A stretch of DNA of 64,000 nucleotides, from assembly GCF_001194135.2 (NCBI RefSeq), contig NC_068984.1, forward strand, positions 5,550,693 to 5,614,692. Direction: 5' to 3'. Below, piece after piece: positions 62,345-64,000 of this stretch (position 1 is its first letter; each line of letters starts with the position of its first letter). This stretch comes from Octopus bimaculoides (Eukaryota). The notes beneath the pieces are model-generated. The model was not told the DNA's origin and searched no databases. It saw only the letters and a program-made list of their open reading frames with translations. The translations under genes and the position numbers were made by a program.

Positions 62345-62830
62345 AGTTGACGGAATCGTTAGCTTGCCAAAAAAAAAAAAAATGCTCAGCGACATTTCGT
62401 CCGTCCTCAAGTTCTGAGTTCAGATTCTGCCGAGGTCGACACTGACTTTTATGCTTTCGGGTCATTAACCCATAAAGCACTGAGATTTGCACTTACACGG
62501 CATGGACCGCTGAGCACAATTTATGAAAATGAGACTACCATGCACACATAAAAGAAAACAAAAAAATAGTTAAAATATCTTCTCAGTATATAATGGTGGC
62601 AAGTTTTAACATCATCTGAAAAGTCATTAGTTGAGCTATTAGTCCTCTTGGATTGTGGAGAGAGGGCTATCGGAGAGTTTGAGTGACATAAATTAATTGC
62701 ATCTATCTGGGCCACGATCGTGGCCCGTCGCGCTTTATGTGTTAAAACAAGTACCAGTTGATAACTGGAGTCGATGTTATCGACTAGTCCCCTCCCCCAA
62801 AATTTATGGCCTTGTGCTAAAATTTGAAAC
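62345..62830 (+). mobile_element. SINE family 1 pieces (62345-62470 head and body; 62735-62830 tail); other worn copies at 7065, 44625, 54625, 60300, 63815
   Basis: GGAATCGTTAGC..GAGTTCAGATTCTGCCGAGGTCGAC and AAGTACCAGTTG..GGCCTTGTGCTAAAATTTGAAACC. Confidence 0.7.
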
Positions 62831-63107
62831 CGATACTTTCCTTTCATCTGGTGTTAATCCTTACGCCTTCTTCTAAATTTGTCAGAGTCTTTGTTATTTC
62901 CTCCTGTCAATATCGGCTTCGCCTTCTTCCGTCAGCCTACATTACAAGCACCCTTATGTATTAGTCATAACACTCATGTCATTGGTGTAATGTTTGATTC
63001 TTCATATGTACCACTTAACTTGCTTTACTAATGTCTTTTAATACCAGATGTAATTTCCAGACAATGTTGATCGGTGCTGTCCTTCCTGTTCTATTAAAAA
63101 GTTAGTA

Positions 63108-63661
63108 GGATCTTTTTTTAAAACGGGGGCACATATTTCATTAACGAAACACTTTGAAACTTGGAACACTGGTAGAATGTGTCATATAAAACACCTTTTT
63201 CTCTTAGTCTTCTTAAAAAAAAAAGAAATCCATAAATTATTCCATGTTAAAGTTGTCGTATTTCTGTAATTTCAACCAATCACTGACGTCCATTCAGCCG
63301 ATATACATTAAGTGCCGACTACATAAACACACGATTCTGAAACAATTAACCCTAACCCTAACTCTAACCCTAGGGTTAGGGTTAGGGTTAAAGCAAATTT
63401 AAAATGAAAAAAGCAAATAAAACGAAGAATCGTTTGTTTATGTAGTCGGCACTTAATGTATATCGGCTGAATGGACGTCAGTGATTGGTTGAAATTATCG
63501 AAATAAGACAATTTTTTACATGAAATAAATTCGAATCCAAAAATATTTTTCTGTTCTATAACACAAAATAGATAAGTATACGAAATTTGAAAGTCTTTCG
63601 GTACCAAAAACACTACGTAAAACATTAATGAAAAATGTGGCCCCCGTTTTAAAAAAGATCC
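63108..63661. mobile_element. 554-bp MITE, 8-bp TSD, GG termini (Merlin-like)
   Basis: TSD AGTTAGTA at 63100-63107 and 63662-63669; about 37-bp TIR GGATCTTTTTT(T)AAAACGGGGGC(C)ACAT..TTTCATTAA; internal 72-bp inverted repeat. Confidence 0.9.
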
Positions 63662-64000
63662 AGTTAGTATCCCATGGTCACCTGATCATAACCCATTTTC
63701 CTATCTGACACAATTCTCACTGATTCTACAAAATAGTCACATGTACTCTTCTTCCTTCCTTTTTAATAAGACTAAGTTAAATAAAAAAATAAAGAAATTT
63801 ATTTGAATTAACGAACTTTCATCCTTAATATTTGCCGATATTTCTGAGTTCAAATCCAACCGAAATCAAATCACTTTTTGCTCTTCGGCGTTCGATAATA
63901 TCATGTAGAACTCAAGCACTGGTATCGATATCATCGACTATTCCTTCCCTTTAGTTCCCAGCCTTGTGCCTCTTTCTACGAAATCAATTTTGACTGAGAG

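Noticed and set aside
63346-63391. Ancestral telomere-telomere chromosome fusion site
   Set aside because: Only 7 units, and they lie inside a TIR/TSD-bounded MITE.

Overview
AT-rich, repeat-dominated eukaryotic genomic scaffold, intronic or intergenic, with 16 N-gaps that mostly abut microsatellites. The SINE, LINE and microsatellite make-up looks like a cephalopod (Octopus-like) draft genome; this is inferred from repeat content, not verified. No host protein-coding gene is recognisable, only weak exon candidates. Most ORF-track entries are artefacts of N-runs and simple repeats. The window holds three tRNA-derived SINE families (about 30 + 9 + 5 copies or fragments) and LINE fragments: RLE/R4-Dong-like x4, RTE x2, CR1-like x2. 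DNA transposon relics are a mariner DD34D, a Tc1, a maT-like fragment and a 554-bp MITE with an 8-bp TSD and a telomere-repeat palindrome. Two patterns stand out. (1) About 11 type I hammerhead-ribozyme (HHR) motifs, several inside short (170-350 nt) non-coding, microsatellite-anchored elements from several unrelated families (Penelope pLTR / retrozyme-like); one has a fully intact core. (2) Every RLE retrotransposon 3' end is joined tail-to-tail to a SINE through a shared (AAT)n/(ATT)n tract. All alignments and folds were done by eye; element boundaries are approximate unless a TSD or TIR is given.
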